The position numbers and the translations under genes are program-made. The notes below the pieces were generated by a model, which worked only from the letters and a program-made list of their open reading frames with translations, was not told the origin of the DNA and did not search any database. Shown piece after piece: positions 36,199-46,143 of a DNA stretch of 64,000 bases. Source of the stretch: Candidatus Latescibacterota bacterium (GTDB taxonomy: Bacteria > Latescibacterota > UBA2968 > UBA8231); the NCBI GenBank assembly GCA_965248265.1, contig CBDFJF010000001.1, forward strand, positions 224,001 through 288,000, written 5' to 3'. The first letter of the stretch is position 1, and each line of letters opens with the position of its first letter.

Positions 36199-37629
36199 AT
36201 GGCTGACGTCATCCTTTTCCTGCCCGAGATCGTCTGCCTGGTGATGGCCTTGCTCCTGTTCCTTGCACCCGTCTGCTCGCTGCGCTACAACACGGCCTGG
36301 GGCATGGCCGTGATCGCCGGCATCCTCGCCGTCGCCGCCAGCCTCTACACCTGGCCGCTGTCGGGCGAGCCGTTCTTTGCCGGCATCTATCGAGTCGACT
36401 TTTTCTCCCAACTGGTGAAAACGGCCCTGGCAGTCGGCTACCTGCTCGTCGTCGTCATCAGCAAGGACCCACGCACCCTGCGCGCCGCTACATGGCATGA
36501 ATTCCCATTGTTTCTGCTCTTGTCGACGGTCGGGATGATGATGATGGTCAGCGCCACGGAATTATTGACCCTCTATATCTCCATGGAGATGTCGGCCTAC
36601 CCGCTCTACATCGTCGTCGCCTTGCACCGCAATCGCACCATCGGCTCCGAGAGCTCGACCAAGTACATGGTCCAGGGAATGGCAGCATCAGCCATCTCCC
36701 TTTACGGAATGAGCTTCCTCTTCGGCCTGCTCGGTTCCACCTATTTCGATACACTGGGTGCTCAGCTCGACAGCGTCGCGCTGCAACCGGTCTTCTGGCT
36801 GGCCGTTGCGTTGATCCTTTCCGGGTTCCTGTTCAAGCTGGCCGTGTTCCCCTTCCACTTCTGGGCACCCGACACCTATCAGGCCGCGCCCCACGAAGTC
36901 GTCACCTTCATCGCTACCGCTTCCAAGGTCGCCGCCGTGGCCCTGCTTTGCCGCATCGTTTCGCTGGTGATACCAGCCTCGGAGAGCCTCCTTCACGCCC
37001 GGCCGGTATTGATGTGGCTGTCCATCGTCGCCATGACTCTGGGCAACCTGGCCGCTCTGAGACAAAAAGACCTGAAGCGTCTGTTGGGCTACTCCGCGAT
37101 TGCTCACGGCGGCTATATCCTGATAGGCCTCCAGGCCTTGTCCGGCCTCGGACTCACCGCGGCCCTGTTCTACGCCCTCGGTTATGCCGCCATGTCATTC
37201 GTCTGTTTTCTGGTGGTTTGTGAGGTGGGTCGGGACCAGGACGTCGTTCCGATAGATTCCGTGTCCGGGTTGTACAAGCGCTCGCCTTGGCTTGCGGCCG
37301 TGCTTCTAGTGGGCCTGCTGGGACTGATCGGCCTGCCGCCGACGGTCGGCTTCATCGGCAAGTGGTTCCTGTTCTCGGCCGCCCTGGAGCAGGGGCAGTT
37401 CGCCCTGATCCTGTTCGCCGCGATCAACGCAGCCATCGCTCTTTATTACTATCTGCTCATCATTCGCCAGGCCTACATGGTAGAGCCTGCAACCACGGAA
37501 CCGATCCACCTTCGTTTGCCAGCGCTGATGACGGCAACGACCACCACCGCCCTCGTCGTCGCCATGGGAACATTTCCAAACTTCTTCTGGGACTGCGCGG
37601 AGCAAGCCGCTGCGCTGCTGGTCAGATAG
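36199..37629 (+). CDS. nuoN: NADH-quinone oxidoreductase subunit N
   Basis: FKLAVFPFHFWAPDTY, KRLLGYSAIAHGGY, GLPPTVGFIGK. Confidence 0.93.
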   Translation: MADVILFLPEIVCLVMALLLFLAPVCSLRYNTAWGMAVIAGILAVAASLYTWPLSGEPFFAGIYRVDFFSQLVKTALAVGYLLVVVISKDPRTLRAATWHEFPLFLLLSTVGMMMMVSATELLTLYISMEMSAYPLYIVVALHRNRTIGSESSTKYMVQGMAASAISLYGMSFLFGLLGSTYFDTLGAQLDSVALQPVFWLAVALILSGFLFKLAVFPFHFWAPDTYQAAPHEVVTFIATASKVAAVALLCRIVSLVIPASESLLHARPVLMWLSIVAMTLGNLAALRQKDLKRLLGYSAIAHGGYILIGLQALSGLGLTAALFYALGYAAMSFVCFLVVCEVGRDQDVVPIDSVSGLYKRSPWLAAVLLVGLLGLIGLPPTVGFIGKWFLFSAALEQGQFALILFAAINAAIALYYYLLIIRQAYMVEPATTEPIHLRLPALMTATTTTALVVAMGTFPNFFWDCAEQAAALLVR

Positions 37630-37645
37630 TCTTACGGGAGTCATC

Positions 37646-38497
37646 ATGGAGATCATCCTCAATTCCAAGTTCTTCGCTGAGCTCTCGCCCGCCCAGTTGG
37701 GTGAAGAGATTAAGTCCTTCGGGTATGACGGCATCGACGTCTGCGTGCGCCCCGGTCACCCCGTTCACTTCGGTAACGTGACCACGTCGTTGCCCGAAGC
37801 CGTGGCGGTGTGGCGAGACCAGGGAGTCAGCTGTCCGATGGTCAGCTCCCCCGTCGACTTCACCGACCCGCATTCGGCCGACGCCAAAGCCCTGTACGCC
37901 GCGTGTGAGGCGGCCGGTGTGGGTCTGATAAAACCTGGTTACTGGCGTTTCAACGACGGGGATGACTACTGGCAGGTGTTGGAACAAGCCCGTGAAGGAT
38001 TGGCGGAGTTCGCCAGACTCGGAGAACAACACGGTGTCAAAACCTGTTGCCACATGCACAGCGGACAATGCATTGGCTCCAACTGCGCCGGTCTCATGCA
38101 CTTGATCCAGGGATTCGATCCGGCGCTGGTGGGAGCCTACGCCGACTTCGGACACATGGCCCTCGACGGCGAGGACATCGCCATGGGCATGGCGATGATC
38201 CGCGATCACCTGTGCGTCGTCGGCATGAAGGACGGCTTTCAGGCCTTCAGAGAGGGAGAAGAGCCGTCGTACGGTCCCAAGTTCGGCCAGCTCGGAGCCG
38301 GCAGCGTCGACTGGCGCCGCGCCCTCCGGACACTCGCGGACATGAACTTCGACGGACCCATGTGTGTTCATACCGAGTATGAATTCGACGAAGCCATCAT
38401 CCGCGAAGTTGGTTACGCCGACCAAAAACCACCGGATCTGGAGACCGTTCCCAAAGAGGACGCTGCCTACCTGCGCCGGCTCATGAACGAGTTGTGA
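37646..38497 (+). CDS. Sugar phosphate isomerase/epimerase (xylose isomerase-like TIM barrel)
   Basis: GYDGID..RPG, DFGH, MKD, LGAGSVDW, HTEY. Confidence 0.85.
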   Translation: MEIILNSKFFAELSPAQLGEEIKSFGYDGIDVCVRPGHPVHFGNVTTSLPEAVAVWRDQGVSCPMVSSPVDFTDPHSADAKALYAACEAAGVGLIKPGYWRFNDGDDYWQVLEQAREGLAEFARLGEQHGVKTCCHMHSGQCIGSNCAGLMHLIQGFDPALVGAYADFGHMALDGEDIAMGMAMIRDHLCVVGMKDGFQAFREGEEPSYGPKFGQLGAGSVDWRRALRTLADMNFDGPMCVHTEYEFDEAIIREVGYADQKPPDLETVPKEDAAYLRRLMNEL

Positions 38498-38769
38498 CCT
38501 CGCCGTCGACAGTCGACCCTGCACAACTCGACGCACCCGCCCTGTGTTCTCGACTACCGGACAATCGAGTCAGCACGGCTTAGAGCCCGTGCACTCTCGC
38601 GCAACCCTCGCGCTACCCGGTGCAATCCCGCGCAACGGACTGCGCATTCGGCATGGAATCTCCCATCCTTCCAACACCATCCCGCACAGCTGATTTCGAC
38701 TGTACGGTCCATGATCCTCTGCATTGGCAACGTCTTTGCATATACAGCGTACATACAAGGCTGACCAAC

Positions 38770-39574
38770 ATGCAGACGACCCCAATCCCGATGCCCCGAG
38801 TTCGAGAGCTGAGCGCGCTTGTCCTTGCTCTCTGTTGCGGCGGTTGCATATCGGTTCACCAGACCAATCTCCGCTCACCTGTCCCCCACCCGCCAGTTCA
38901 TATCGTAGAAAAAAGCGATGAGCTTGTACTTGAGTTGAAGCCGCGGCTTGATATCAACTTCGATCAGACGCTCGAAACCGCGATTGATCACTCGGATGTC
39001 AACACTACTTGGCAACTGCCAAAAGCCCAGATCGGCCTTGATGGAACCCTGTCGCGATCCGCTTTGCAGTTGTCTGCTGGCATCGGCTATGCAAGGATCG
39101 AAGAAGAGGGTTATTCATTCGGCACCGTCGAACTGGGGGTCAGGCCAGTTTCGCTGGGTAGCTACCTGGGACTTGGGTTCAGATGGCGAAAAAGCTGGTC
39201 GGAGACTGATTACACCTACTCCTCCTCAGGTGCTTTTGGTGCTGAGCAAGGGGATGGTGGTGCGACAAGCCAACGACTACTTGAAGGACCTGTTCCTCCA
39301 TTTCTCGCACAACTCCCCCGCGTGGGGTGATGGTGGAGGCTATTTCCTGAGCGTCGAAGTCGGCTTCATAGAGCTGCTCCGTATCCAGGACAGGCGAGAA
39401 AATACAGCGTATGCCAAAAAAATGGGCTCCTTGACCGTGGGCGCCTATCGGGACATAGACCCCTCACGGCGATTAGTGGCGGGGTTGCGTGTGACTCGGC
39501 TTGTCGACCGACATCTGCCCGAGATCGTCGCTCAAATCGACTGGAAGGTGGGTCGACGGGCGTTCAAGCACTGA
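38770..39574 (+). pseudogene. Frameshifted putative outer-membrane lipoprotein/beta-strand protein
   Basis: Lipobox-like LALCCGGC in ORF ending 39330; beta-strand-like sequence continues in another frame (…DYLKDLFLHFSHN…QIDWKVGRRAFKH) from about 39265. Confidence 0.5.
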
Positions 39575-39684
39575 CGTTGACTCGCGGCCGATGCACTGGC
39601 TGAACCCGGATTCAGGCTGTCGCTCCGTGAGCACGCAAGACAGATACCGCACCCCAACTCGCAGTCACCGCGGCGGCGCCAGGG

Positions 39685-40749
39685 TCAGGTTTCTAGATCA
39701 AACAGCTTCGCCGCGTTGTTCCAGAACATGTCTTCGATGGCACTATCACCCAAACGCTCCGACCAGCAGGCAAACTTGAGGGCACGCAGCGTTTCCAGCC
39801 CGCTGTGTATGGGTTTGAGCATGTTGTGTTTTTCCTCCCATACCGGGGTGTTCTCGTACAGCCAGAGAAAAGAATCGACGACGCCCAGTGAGCGGCCGCG
39901 GTTGCCGAGAAAGTCTGAGCCGTTCATCAGCTTGTCGTGACCGATGATGCGGATGATGGATTGGTGCGCTATCGGCTCGCAGACGGCGCTGATGTCGAAG
40001 TAGAGGTTATCCAGTCCAGTGAGTTGCGGCAGCCCCTCGAGATTGTGCGACGGCTGATGGCCACGAGCCGAATGCGCCAGAATCAGCTTCATGTTCGGAT
40101 AGGTCTCACAATAGTGCCGAATCCAATGGATGTTCGCCGGGTCGGCAACCGCCCGGGACTTGACGATGTGGAGCATGATCACCCAGCCCTCTTCGTCGGC
40201 GACCTTGATCAGCGGTTCAGGTAAGTAGTCAGGAATATCGGCCTCCCACGTCGGATCGACCTTCGCCCAGGTGTGATAGCACTTGAGCCCATGCAGCTTC
40301 AACCGGCGCACCTCCTGCCGTACCCACTCCGGATCGTCGTCCGGAGTGACGAGAAAGGTGCCTCGGCACTGTGTGTCCTTTGCGGTATTCTCACCGATCC
40401 ACCCGTTGGTGCGCTCCTGGATGTTGGTGGTGTTGCACGGACCGTCCGGAGTGGGATAGGGCCAGGGCAGGAACAGCGCCGCCACCGGCCGACCATGGTA
40501 CAGTACATCCAGCATCGGTTTGTATTCGTCGTAACCGACTTCCTCCAGTGACTGGCCGAAGGGATTCTCGAAATGGTCCGGATGCCACAGGTGCACGTGG
40601 GCGTCGAAGACGCGATCTGGAATAAAGGATGCCAGTTCGCGCTCGTAGAACTCGATGTCTTCCTCTCGTATGTGCCCTGCCGTGGTTGATACCGTCATCT
40701 CAGTAATACCTTTGAAATTGGCCTGCTCTGTATCGATCCGGTCGGACAT
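39685..40749 (-). CDS. Amidohydrolase family 2 protein
   Basis: FDAHVH, GLKCYH, LAH, LYFDISA, GSDF. Confidence 0.88.
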   Translation of the reverse strand: MSDRIDTEQANFKGITEMTVSTTAGHIREEDIEFYERELASFIPDRVFDAHVHLWHPDHFENPFGQSLEEVGYDEYKPMLDVLYHGRPVAALFLPWPYPTPDGPCNTTNIQERTNGWIGENTAKDTQCRGTFLVTPDDDPEWVRQEVRRLKLHGLKCYHTWAKVDPTWEADIPDYLPEPLIKVADEEGWVIMLHIVKSRAVADPANIHWIRHYCETYPNMKLILAHSARGHQPSHNLEGLPQLTGLDNLYFDISAVCEPIAHQSIIRIIGHDKLMNGSDFLGNRGRSLGVVDSFLWLYENTPVWEEKHNMLKPIHSGLETLRALKFACWSERLGDSAIEDMFWNNAAKLFDLET

Positions 40750-40970
40750 AACTTACGGTCCATGCAATGGTGTGCGCGAGGACGGCGTTCCCCAACCAGG
40801 ATCTGCAGCGCATGGTTTTGCATCACCCATGATCATCCGCCGACAGCGCTTGTGGGCCACCTTCGATTGTCATAACATCAGCCCGGTATCATCCTGGCAC
40901 GGCCCGGGTAGACCACCCCCGGGTTGATGCCATCCACTACCTCAGTTCCATCAAATCCGGGAGGGTCAAG

Positions 40971-41396
40971 ATGAACATCGGTAGATTGTTGTGCGCGGCA
41001 CTTGTAGGGGGTGCCGTCATGTGGCTTCTGGGTGGCCTGTGGCACATGATGATCATGGACACCTTCTATAGCGGCAACAGCGCCTCCGTGCGCCTCGAAG
41101 AACCGCTGATGAGGTGGATCATCCTTGGGTACGTGATCCTGGGGCTGCTGATGGCCTACATCTATCCCAAGGGATTCTCTGGCGGGGGCGCCGTGAGTGA
41201 AGGCCTGCGTTTCGGGGCGATTGTCGGGCTCCTCTGGGTCCTGCCGCACGCCGTAATCCTTCACGGAGTCTATTACGGCGCCACGGGCAGGCTGATCTTG
41301 ATCGATGCTGCTTGGCACATGGTGGAACAGGGAATTGGGGGAATCGTCATCGCTCTCATCTATGGCTTGAGCGCGAGGACGGAATCGACGCAATAG
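40971..41396 (+). CDS. Small integral membrane protein (about 4 TM)
   Basis: GGAGG RBS; hydrophobic helices. Confidence 0.75.
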   Translation: MNIGRLLCAALVGGAVMWLLGGLWHMMIMDTFYSGNSASVRLEEPLMRWIILGYVILGLLMAYIYPKGFSGGGAVSEGLRFGAIVGLLWVLPHAVILHGVYYGATGRLILIDAAWHMVEQGIGGIVIALIYGLSARTESTQ

Positions 41397-41415
41397 GCGC
41401 GGCTGCACGACCACG

Positions 41416-41457
41416 CGAAACGGCCCCGACTTGTCCGGTTGGGGCCGTTTCGGCTTT
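41416..41457 (+). terminator. Probable intrinsic terminator
   Basis: CGAAACGGCCCCGAC/GTTGGGGCCGTTTCG stem directly after the gene. Confidence 0.6.
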
Positions 41458-41585
41458 CAAACCGAATTCGTCACACGATGCCTCCTTGTGCCAAATGCAA
41501 TCCCGGTTACCTTGCAGGTAACGATATTCCAGCTAAGCCTATCTCATCCACGCCCCCTTCACTTGGGTCGTGAGGAACGATTCCA

Positions 41586-42641
41586 ATGGCCCAATACGAA
41601 GACCGCGGCGACAACGAAGATGGCGGCGGTGAAGGCGAGGAGGAGGAAGCTGGGATACCGACCATGCAGAAGGTCGCCATTCTCTTCGTCGCTCTGGGGC
41701 AAGAAACTTCTGGCGAGGTGATGAAGTTTCTTAGCGACTACGAGATCGAAGAGATCACCCAGTCGGTTGCGAATCTTAAAAATGTCAGCGTAGAGCAGCA
41801 GGACAGAGTGATGGAGGAGTTCGAGCAGCACCTCCTCGCTGGAGAATGGGTCAGCACCGGAGGCATGGACTTCGCGCGTGGCGCTCTGGAACGAGCCGTT
41901 GGACCCCGTAAGGCACAGGAAATACTCGACCGCGTCGCCAGCACCGTTTCTTCCGGTTTCTACATGCTCAAGAACGTCGCTCCGGAGCAGGTCGCCCCGT
42001 TCATCTCGCACGAGCATCCGCAGACCATCGGATTGATACTATCGCAGTTAGACCCCGCCCAGGGTGCCGGTATTCTGGCCCAGCTTCCGGAGCGCATGCA
42101 GTCAGACGTCGCCTACCGTATCGCGACCATGGAGAACATCACCCCGGCTATCCTAAAGGAAATTGAAGAGGCCCTCGAAGCCTCACTGCGCGATATCCTT
42201 GGCGGTAATCAGGATGTGGGTGGACCCAAGGTGGTCGCCGACATGCTCAACCTGACTGGTTCGTCGGTGGAAAAGAACGTCCTGGACCAGATGGACGCGC
42301 AGGATCCGGAAGTGGCCGAGTCCGTGCGCAACCTCATGTTCACCTTCGCCGACATCTCCAAGCTCACCGACCGCGAATTGCAGGTGTTGTTGCGAGAGGT
42401 CGACCAGAAGGACCTCGTCGTCGCCCTTAAGGCAGCCGAGGAGGAGTTGAAGGACAAGATCCTCGGCAACATGTCCGAGCGCGTGCGCACCTTCATCACC
42501 GAGGAAATGGAGTTCCTCGGCCCGATGCGTCTCAGCGAAGTGGAAGAGGTCCAGCTGCGCATCGTGCAGCAGGTACGTCAGCTCGAGGAGCAGGGCCAGG
42601 TAACCATCGTCCGCGGCGACGCCGATGACTCGTTCGTATAA
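41586..42641 (+). CDS. fliG: Flagellar motor switch protein FliG (orphan copy)
   Basis: QKVAILFVALG, EHPQTIGLILS, GGPKVVADMLN, MFTF, NMSER..EEME.LGPMRLSEVE. Confidence 0.93.
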   Translation: MAQYEDRGDNEDGGGEGEEEEAGIPTMQKVAILFVALGQETSGEVMKFLSDYEIEEITQSVANLKNVSVEQQDRVMEEFEQHLLAGEWVSTGGMDFARGALERAVGPRKAQEILDRVASTVSSGFYMLKNVAPEQVAPFISHEHPQTIGLILSQLDPAQGAGILAQLPERMQSDVAYRIATMENITPAILKEIEEALEASLRDILGGNQDVGGPKVVADMLNLTGSSVEKNVLDQMDAQDPEVAESVRNLMFTFADISKLTDRELQVLLREVDQKDLVVALKAAEEELKDKILGNMSERVRTFITEEMEFLGPMRLSEVEEVQLRIVQQVRQLEEQGQVTIVRGDADDSFV

Positions 42642-42745
42642 GAGTCCCGTAGGGACTTTCGACTTCCGCTAGGAAGTTCTCGAGCTCCGAAGGAGCTTTT
42701 CAAGTTCCCGCCAGGAAGTTTTCAAGCTCACGAGGTAGTTTTCCG
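42642..42745. repeat. Tandem array of about five short degenerate hairpins (about 20-nt period)
   Basis: AGTCCC-gta-GGGACT, ACTTCC-gcta-GGAAGT, AGCTCC-gaa-GGAGCT, then two degenerate units, separated by TTC-like linkers. Confidence 0.6.
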
Positions 42746-43366
42746 GGTCTCGCTGCATCGGCGGAACTCATGGCTCGCTCTCCTCAATAATGGGCGATGG
42801 TCACACCCTCGCTCAGCCCGTATCAGTTGGCCCCGCAGCTGTTAGATCTCGCGACGCGAGCTGTGCCGCTTGTATCGTGAGGCCGATCCCAGTGTACGGA
42901 TAATCTTCGCGCGTGTGCGACCTCTAAAAAATCCGAAAGATGCGCTATGCGCGGTCGTGGAAAGGACTCGACATGGCGTGCGCACTGCGTTTACGTATGC
43001 AGACTGGCCGTATGCAAGAAAATCGTAGAGCACCATGGCGGCCGCATCTGGATGACCCCCAACGCGTCGGCCGGCGCGACGTTCTCCTTCACCTTGCAGT
43101 GCGGGTAGCGGTCATTTCTCAGCTTGCCGGTTCGGACGCAGGCCTCCTGCGGATTGTCATAGTGTGTATGGAACCTCACTCAGGAGACTTTCTGATGAAG
43201 CGCTTGCTACTTGTCACACTATTGAGGCTCGCTGCCCTTCCGACCGTCTCAACTAACACACTGACCACCAGGATGTTGGTTTCCGGCGATCCGGCACGTT
43301 TTAATTGACGCACAAGACAAGGATGATACCATGAAGGACACGTACACGGCGCTGGTGAACGCAACG

Positions 43367-44497
43367 TTACAGAGCCAGGAGTCGGGCCAGGGTCGTCAGT
43401 GGCAGCACGCGCGCGTTGTACTGGGCGACCTCGTAATCCTTGCTACCCATGTGGACCTGGTAGAAATAGGGAATGTCGGTGCGCTCGGCGAAATAGGGGA
43501 TATTCCGGCTCAAACCCTGCTCCCCACTCTTGCACTCCACCGCAAACGCCGGCCGCTCGTTCTCGACGACCACGAAGTCCAGTTCCCGGCCCTGGGCGTC
43601 CCGCACAAAACGCAGTTCCACGTGATCTCCGTCGAAATCCTCCCGTGCGTGACAGTGCTTCAGTAGATGGGAGGCCACCATGTTCTCAAACCGCGCTGCC
43701 GGGTTTTCGCATAGCGACCAGTCCCACATATAGAGCTTGCGCTCCTTCCGAACCGCGCGCAGCCGAGGCAATTCGTACGGGTGGATGCGGAAGCATAAGT
43801 AGAGATTTTCCAGGATGGTAATCCACCGGTCGGCGGTTTCGAAGGCCACCGACAGGTCCTGTCTCAGGTTGTTGACAGAGAGCGGGGAGCCTACCCGGTC
43901 GGGTAGACTATGGGCCAGCAGGTCTAGTTGGGACACCTCCTTGACGTATTCGAGGTTGATCAGATCGTCTTGAATGACCCGGCTCTGGCGCTCCCGCTGC
44001 CAGCGTTTCCAATGCCGGGCATTGCCCTTGAGAAAGGGCTCGGGAAAGCCGCCGAATCGCAGCAGGTGATCGACATCTGACGGCGTGGGGACTTCGCTGG
44101 TCTCGTACAGCGAAAGGGGGTGCAGGCGATGATAGTGATAGCGACCCTGTAGCGAGTCTCCCCCCCTTCGGTAGTGGTCCAAGCGGGCCGACCCGGTGAT
44201 GAGAAAACGTCTACTTGACTTCGTGCTGTCATACAGCCCTTTTACGAGGTTCCGCCAGCCTTTGTACTTGTGAATCTCGTCCAGGATCACCAGGCTTTCG
44301 TCGCCGGGAAGGGCACCCTGGAGCAGCGCTTTCTGGGAGGCGATAACGTCCCAGCTCAGATAGGCCGGATGCTTCTCGCTGCCGCCTTGGAGGAGATTGA
44401 GGGCCAGCGTCGTCTTGCCGACTTGCCGTGGGCCGCCGAGAAAGACCATCTTCTCTTCCAGATCTTCCGCGATCACGTCCTCTAGATAGCGCTTCAT
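43367..44497 (-). CDS. AAA_14/DUF4143 ATP-binding protein
   Basis: GPRQVGKT, LDEIH, TGS, GGFPE, KLYMWD, FEN, ELDFVV..AVECK. Confidence 0.9.
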   Translation of the reverse strand: MKRYLEDVIAEDLEEKMVFLGGPRQVGKTTLALNLLQGGSEKHPAYLSWDVIASQKALLQGALPGDESLVILDEIHKYKGWRNLVKGLYDSTKSSRRFLITGSARLDHYRRGGDSLQGRYHYHRLHPLSLYETSEVPTPSDVDHLLRFGGFPEPFLKGNARHWKRWQRERQSRVIQDDLINLEYVKEVSQLDLLAHSLPDRVGSPLSVNNLRQDLSVAFETADRWITILENLYLCFRIHPYELPRLRAVRKERKLYMWDWSLCENPAARFENMVASHLLKHCHAREDFDGDHVELRFVRDAQGRELDFVVVENERPAFAVECKSGEQGLSRNIPYFAERTDIPYFYQVHMGSKDYEVAQYNARVLPLTTLARLLAL

Positions 44498-44678
44498 ACG
44501 GGCTTCCCTTGCACATGCTTTAATTCATGTGTCCTCTAATATATACGTGTACATATTAGAGTCAAGACGAATTAATACACAGTTCCGGATCCGAAGGCTG
44601 AGAGCGGCCAACATTAAATAAGTGTATATGAAGACCGGGGGCCGCGATGGCAGACCGATCGACGGCGCCGTATGGTGG

Positions 44679-45110
44679 TCATGCAACCGGATTGAGATCC
44701 CCTTGGGCGTTGGGCACGACTCGACGCACTGTCTGTACGAGATCGAAGTCGCGATCGAAGCTGCAGATCCCGTCCAGATCGTTCGACAGGACGACTGCCG
44801 CGTGGATGGCATCGCGAGCTGCCATAGCTGGGTGCTCATCCAGCAAGTGACTGCCCAGAATGGCAACTCTGTCAGTGACGGGCAGGATTGTGTTGAACAG
44901 GGCGCACGTGATGTCGAAGGCTTCCCGCCCGCCGGTCTCCCATCGACCCAGGCTGCGGTAACGATGCATGATTTCCTGCAGGGCTTCCGCGTCGATTCCA
45001 GCATCAACTACACCTGTTGCGATCTGTTCCATCAGGGCCAGACAAGGGCGCTTGTTTGGATGCTCTGAAGCTGTCGCGTACATGACAACGTTGGTGTCGA
45101 CCAAAATCAC
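44679..45110 (-). CDS. vapC: VapC family PIN toxin (copy 1)
   Basis: ILVDTNV, QEI, RDAIHAA, SFDRDFD. Confidence 0.9.
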   Translation of the reverse strand: MILVDTNVVMYATASEHPNKRPCLALMEQIATGVVDAGIDAEALQEIMHRYRSLGRWETGGREAFDITCALFNTILPVTDRVAILGSHLLDEHPAMAARDAIHAAVVLSNDLDGICSFDRDFDLVQTVRRVVPNAQGDLNPVA

Positions 45111-45358
45111 GGCTGGGGTTCGTCTGGATCGGGTAACGATTCGCGTTTCATCTGTTCAACGGAGCCTACCGGCAGATTTAACGTGCCCAAGCGTCGAACA
45201 ACCGCGAGCCTCTCCTCCACGGACAGGTCTCCGTACTGCTTCTCGCACGCTTCTCGCACCAATTGTCCCATGCTCGTATTCCGCTCCGACGCGAGGCGAG
45301 CCAGGCGCTCATGCATGTCGGGAGACAGCAGGATCGTAGTTTTCTTGGTTAATTCCAT
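45107..45358 (-). CDS. RHH/CopG-type antitoxin (copy 1)
   Basis: KKTTILL…LARLA…SMGQLVREAC; overlaps vapC start. Confidence 0.85.
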   Translation of the reverse strand: MELTKKTTILLSPDMHERLARLASERNTSMGQLVREACEKQYGDLSVEERLAVVRRLGTLNLPVGSVEQMKRESLPDPDEPQP

Positions 45359-45454
45359 ATCCACCTCCATATATGGAGAAGATAGGCTAGGCCTGTTTTG
45401 GGGGACTTGGCAACGGTATACTGTACGGTTTCAGAGCGGTGAGGTCCCCAATAT

Positions 45455-45844
45455 TCACGACAGAATAATCTTGACATTGTAAAGCCGGAATTGCCGATCT
45501 GACGTCAAGATCGTCATGGATTCAGCCTGAGCAACCGCGATTAGTAACCTGTCGAAGGGATCTCGGTGGTAAGCGGGGAGCACGGCGACCCTTGCTGCGT
45601 GCTGGTGCTGAATTGGGAGAGATTCTATCCCATCTCTGATCAGTCTCGGAAGGACAAACTCCTCCGGTGGCTGCGGCAACGTTAACTTTCCGAGTTGATA
45701 CTTAATCGAGATTTCCCAGGTGCTCGCAGCCGATAGAACCAGCGTGTTGTCGGGATCGTCCACGATGCTGGCAACCTCGTGGCCCATCCGCTGTGGGCTG
45801 ACCAAGCTCCAAAGCCAGATCTGAGTATCGAGCAGATACTTCAC
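45455..45844 (-). CDS. vapC: VapC family PIN toxin
   Basis: YLLDTQIWLW, SAASTWEISIK, HRDPFDRLLIAVA. Confidence 0.92.
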   Translation of the reverse strand: MKYLLDTQIWLWSLVSPQRMGHEVASIVDDPDNTLVLSAASTWEISIKYQLGKLTLPQPPEEFVLPRLIRDGIESLPIQHQHAARVAVLPAYHRDPFDRLLIAVAQAESMTILTSDRQFRLYNVKIILS

Positions 45845-46074
45845 GATTCAAAGGCCTGAAGCTCGTCCTCCGGCAGGGGAGCATTGAAGTCTTCCGGGAC
45901 TTCGAACAGCCCCAAGTCTCTGCCAAGTGTTCGCCTGGACTTTGCGTCGCTGACAGGCACAAGTCTAGCAAGAGGTTTTCCAGACTTAGCGATAACAACC
46001 TCTTCTCCCGTGGCAACCTGAGCGAGGAGCCGCGACAGGTGCGTTTTAGCTTCGTGGATATTGACCTGAATCAT
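45841..46074 (-). CDS. Phd/YefM family antitoxin
   Basis: VNIHEAKTHLSRLL..GEEVVIAKSGKPLARLVP, FNAPLP. Confidence 0.92.
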   Translation of the reverse strand: MIQVNIHEAKTHLSRLLAQVATGEEVVIAKSGKPLARLVPVSDAKSRRTLGRDLGLFEVPEDFNAPLPEDELQAFES

Positions 46075-46098
46075 CTTTGGTCCTCCATCTTTTGATGT

Positions 46099-46129
46099 GA
46101 CTAAGCTAAGTATCCATCTTAGCTAAGTC
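46099..46129. promoter_or_regulatory. Palindromic operator of phd-vapC
   Basis: GACTAAGCTAAG-N7-CTTAGCTAAGTC imperfect inverted repeat upstream of the antitoxin. Confidence 0.55.
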
Positions 46130-46143
46130 AAATAGCGCGAATC

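Noticed and set aside
27973-37629. Group 4 NiFe hydrogenase
   Set aside because: The large subunit lacks CxxC metal ligands and ends in EIDR like NuoD
42642-42745. CRISPR array
   Set aside because: Units are about 20 nt and non-identical, with no spacers; no cas genes in the window
42760-43366. Integron attC sites or HicAB remnant (GTTAGAT at 42841; MKDTYTALV at 43331)
   Set aside because: No convincing paired R''/R' boxes, no integron integrase, and the similarity is too short to support
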